This document shows positions 25,963 to 29,331 of a DNA stretch of 29,331 bases, piece by piece; position 1 is the stretch's first letter; the number at the start of each line of letters is the position of its first letter. The stretch lies in IMG/VR virus record IMGVR_UViG_3300037308_000316, positions 1 through 29,331 of that record. One strand, written 5' to 3'. Under the pieces are notes generated by a model that made no database searches, had not been told where the DNA came from, and was given only the letters and a program-made list of their open reading frames with translations. The position numbers were made by a program, and so were the translations under genes. This stretch comes from a virus (Duplodnaviria > Caudoviricetes).

Positions 25963-28900
25963 ATGGCCCTATCAAATAGCACAACACGCATTCTCCGGAC
26001 GCAATACTACGACGACTATTACGAGCCGGCGACAACTGACCCAACGCTGTTTCGGGGTCAGGAGTTTGACTTTCATCGTATTCTGTTCCGTCCGCGGTAT
26101 GCGGTTCAGTCACGGGAACTTACCCAACTTCAGACGATCTTGCAAGCACAGATCGAGAAGCTCGGGACAGCGAACTTCAAGCATGGGCAGCCCATCTACG
26201 GTGCCCAAATGGCGATCAACAATGGCGTCATCAGCGGGAAGGTCGTTCCCACCGCGAACGTTGCGGCGTTCTTTGACCGGGACCTCAACGTCGGAACTGT
26301 CATCACAAACGACGTAGCAAATGCTGCAGTGCGTCAGTATGCGGCTATTGATGAGGGTTATCCCGACAACTACCTCGTGTTCAAATACGAGGCTGCGGAC
26401 GAGTTCCTTCCTGGCGATGCGGTGTCCGTCATCGGGAGCACCGAGAACACCGCATTCGCGAACGACTCGTCTGGTGTATTCAACAACGCATCCGTATTCA
26501 GCGTGGATGAGGGGGTATTCTTCATCTCTGGATTCCTCGTTCGGTTCCGTCCACAAACCATTACGCTTGCGCTGGATACGAACAAGCCAAATGCGGTAGT
26601 TGGCATTCTCGTCAACGAAGAGGTGCTGGACGAGCTAGATGACATTGTAGGGGACACACTCCTCGACCCCGCAAACCAGAACGCTCCGGGTGCTCATCGG
26701 TTCCGTCTTCGTCTCGTGCTCGCGAGTTACGGACTGGACGTTGAGCCACCGGCCAACTTCATTCAGTTGGCTAAGGTCATCAACGGCGTCATCCAGTATA
26801 CCAAGAACGTGTCGGAGCGGTTCGTCAAGTGGTCGGAACTCCTCGAAATGCTTGCTCGTCGGACATACGACGAGTCCGGCAACTACATGATTTCCAAGTT
26901 CGCGCCCATCGTGGACTACGACCCAGATTCCGAGGAGCACTTCCGTCTCACTGTGGGGCCAGGAAAAGCCTACGTGCAGGGATGGGAAGTCGCCAAGACG
27001 GAACCCACCAACCTGTCCCTCCGTAAAGGACGGGTCACACAGAATGTAAACTCACAGAGTATCGCACTTCAGGTGGGAAACTTCGTGCGAACCGTGCGTG
27101 TCGCCGCAGAGACCCCTGCGAACTACTTCTCGGACACGTCTGTTGTGGACCTCCATTCTTGCCCGATTGCGAACATCGCGGTCGCAAACGCAGCCGTGTA
27201 TGCGTGGAGCAAAATCGGAACCTGCAAGACCCGGATGCTAGAAACGGACGACGTGCCGTTGCTCGTGGAAAATCTGGCAAACAACTCCGTCTACAAGCTA
27301 TTCTTCTATGATGTGCAGTTTGATAGCGTCACGGGGAACACGGGACAGGGCGGGACGGACACCAACGGTATGTCATGGTGCCCGATTGCGTTTGCAAACG
27401 GAATTCCGGGTGTAGACGGCGCCATCGTCGGAGCCACCATCGTGTTTGGTGGGAGCGGGTCGCCGGTGCGTGGAACGTTCACCGTCAATACCTATACTGT
27501 CCAGAATGCTACGCACGCGAACGTGGGAATTCGTGAACCGCTCCCAAGTGCTCCGAATCCTAACACTGTCTATCGCATTCTCTATCAGACCAAGGACATC
27601 GATTCGTTCGCGGAATACTCCGCGGCCGCAACGATTGGCGCACCCTACTCAAATGGGTTCATTTTCCAGGCGGATGTTGACCCCGTAGGAGCAAAGGTTG
27701 GAGTCGCACCGAACCGCTTCACGGTTGTAGAGGGCACCAGCAAGAACTCGCTCATCTACGAGGTCGGCAACAAGTGGGTGGTCGCTAACACACTGTCTAC
27801 GAACACGTCCACCTACGAATCGTGGATTCCGACGAACAATAACGCAACGCAGAATCCGACCTCTGGAGCGTCAAACACCAACGTCACTATCAGCCTCGTT
27901 GGTTCGGCATTCCTCCTTCCGACAGGAACACTTGACGCGGATACATGTCAACGGTATCTCGTCATTTACGACGAGACCGCCGATGACGTGGGCTCGGGAA
28001 GCATCGTGCAGTTCTCTGACCAGTCATCGTCGGAACGTTACATTAGTGACGTTTCTGTAGTCAAGAACGGTGCACAGCACGACATCTCATTCACGTATCA
28101 CCACGGCGCGACAATTGGTGGAGTCCGGATTTTCCGGGGATTCTGTCGCGCAACAGTCAGTGGAATGGCGGTGCGGCAGAAGACGCTTATCTCCGGCAAC
28201 ACTGACGGTATCTACACGTCCAGCGCAAACGCAATCCACAAGGGACAAGTGGAATACACGCTCCCGAATACCTCACCGGGATTCGGATACTCCCTCATGG
28301 TGCCGGACGTAACGGCGCTCAAGCTCGTCCTCTACAAAGCAGACGGCGCGGCGACATTCTCCAGCAACACCGACGGAACCGACGTAACGGAATACTTCGC
28401 GTTGGATACAGGACAACGAGATAACACCTACGAGTATGGTCGGGCTGTGGTGCAGAAGGGTGCCAGCCTTGTTATCAAGCCGACGGGACGACTCCTGTTT
28501 GTCTTTGACTGGCTCCAGCCAAGTGGTCGGGGATTCGCGACGGTTGACAGCTACCAGGGATTGACGTATGACGAAATCCCGTCCTATACGTCACCCACCA
28601 CCGGTACCGTCGTATCACTTCGCGACGTGCTCGATTTCCGTCCGGAACGCTCACATGAAGACATCATCGTGGAAGCGAACACCGTGTTTGACGCCAACAC
28701 CGCATCAGCACGTTATGGAAACGGGTTTGGGGAGGACACTTACGTCACCGCAACATCCGAATCGTATCTCGTCCCGTCGTCTGACGACCAGTGGATTGGA
28801 GATTACCAGTTCTACATGGGACGTATCGACGTAGTAAACCTGTGCTATGACGGACAGTTCACGATCAATGAGGGCCAGGATGCGGTCAAGCCACAGCCCC

Positions 28901-29331
28901 CAAAGGATGATACAGGTGACCTTCCGCTATTCAAGCTCATCGTTCCGCCCTACACACTCGTCGATGGAAATGGTGTGCCGACCTCGGTGCTCCTCACGTC
29001 ATACGACTACAAGCGGTTCACGATGAATGACATTTCCAAGGTGGAGGATCGTGTCGCGCACCTGGAATACTACACCGCGCTCAACTCTCTGGAAACCATC
29101 ACGCGGGATCAGTCGGAAGAAGACGGTGAAGGAAACGAGCGATTCAAGAACGGATTCCTTGTAGACAGCTTCCACGGGGGAGACGTAGCGGCGATTGACG
29201 ACCCGAACTTCACCGCGTCTATCGACGGCGTGCATCGGGAACTTAAGACGGGATTCCGGTCGTTTGCCATCGGCTACTCTCCGGACTTTGGCTACAGCAC
29301 CACCGCGAATGTCGCGATTATCGGGGATATG
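25963..29331 (+). CDS. DUF4815/VrlC-like large baseplate/virion structural protein (3' truncated by the window edge; not in the ORF track)
   Basis: ATG 25963 in frame 1 reads MALSNS...YYDDY...FHRILFRPRYAVQSRELTQLQTILQAQIE, APGAHR, LARRTYDESGNY, GKAYVQG, LDTGQRDNTY, LRDVLDFRP, KRFTMNDISKVEDRVAHLEYYTALNSLE, RFKNGFLVDSF. These motifs stay in frame to the end of the window. Confidence 0.88.
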   Translation, partial: MALSNSTTRILRTQYYDDYYEPATTDPTLFRGQEFDFHRILFRPRYAVQSRELTQLQTILQAQIEKLGTANFKHGQPIYGAQMAINNGVISGKVVPTANVAAFFDRDLNVGTVITNDVANAAVRQYAAIDEGYPDNYLVFKYEAADEFLPGDAVSVIGSTENTAFANDSSGVFNNASVFSVDEGVFFISGFLVRFRPQTITLALDTNKPNAVVGILVNEEVLDELDDIVGDTLLDPANQNAPGAHRFRLRLVLASYGLDVEPPANFIQLAKVINGVIQYTKNVSERFVKWSELLEMLARRTYDESGNYMISKFAPIVDYDPDSEEHFRLTVGPGKAYVQGWEVAKTEPTNLSLRKGRVTQNVNSQSIALQVGNFVRTVRVAAETPANYFSDTSVVDLHSCPIANIAVANAAVYAWSKIGTCKTRMLETDDVPLLVENLANNSVYKLFFYDVQFDSVTGNTGQGGTDTNGMSWCPIAFANGIPGVDGAIVGATIVFGGSGSPVRGTFTVNTYTVQNATHANVGIREPLPSAPNPNTVYRILYQTKDIDSFAEYSAAATIGAPYSNGFIFQADVDPVGAKVGVAPNRFTVVEGTSKNSLIYEVGNKWVVANTLSTNTSTYESWIPTNNNATQNPTSGASNTNVTISLVGSAFLLPTGTLDADTCQRYLVIYDETADDVGSGSIVQFSDQSSSERYISDVSVVKNGAQHDISFTYHHGATIGGVRIFRGFCRATVSGMAVRQKTLISGNTDGIYTSSANAIHKGQVEYTLPNTSPGFGYSLMVPDVTALKLVLYKADGAATFSSNTDGTDVTEYFALDTGQRDNTYEYGRAVVQKGASLVIKPTGRLLFVFDWLQPSGRGFATVDSYQGLTYDEIPSYTSPTTGTVVSLRDVLDFRPERSHEDIIVEANTVFDANTASARYGNGFGEDTYVTATSESYLVPSSDDQWIGDYQFYMGRIDVVNLCYDGQFTINEGQDAVKPQPPKDDTGDLPLFKLIVPPYTLVDGNGVPTSVLLTSYDYKRFTMNDISKVEDRVAHLEYYTALNSLETITRDQSEEDGEGNERFKNGFLVDSFHGGDVAAIDDPNFTASIDGVHRELKTGFRSFAIGYSPDFGYSTTANVAIIGDM

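Overview
Gene-dense segment of a T4-like (Tevenvirinae/cyanomyovirus-style) myophage genome. At the left are a DNA-methyltransferase-like gene pair, a small hypothetical gene and the gp32 ssDNA-binding protein, with two near-identical sigma70-type promoters. A minus-strand block follows (gp4, gp2, gp54-like, gp26, gp51-like, and a tape-measure-like protein with a GH24 lysozyme domain). A long plus-strand baseplate operon comes next: gp48, gp53, gp27-like hub, split gp5, an M15 peptidase fusion, gp25, gp6, split gp7, a 1340-aa accessory virion protein, gp8, and a DUF4815/VrlC-like gene that runs off the right end and is missing from the ORF track. Late promoters read CTAAATA. The most notable signals are: (1) a canonical -1 slippery heptamer that could fuse gp26 to gp51 just upstream of the tape-measure-like gene; (2) a 15-16-aa repeat array fused to the gp7 C-terminal half, with one further copy at the C-terminus of the 1340-aa protein, possibly a strand-donor docking system; (3) several baseplate genes split into separate ORFs; (4) an AATAC-repeat leader on gp32 resembling an autoregulatory operator. 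All product calls come from recalled motifs and synteny; no database search was run.
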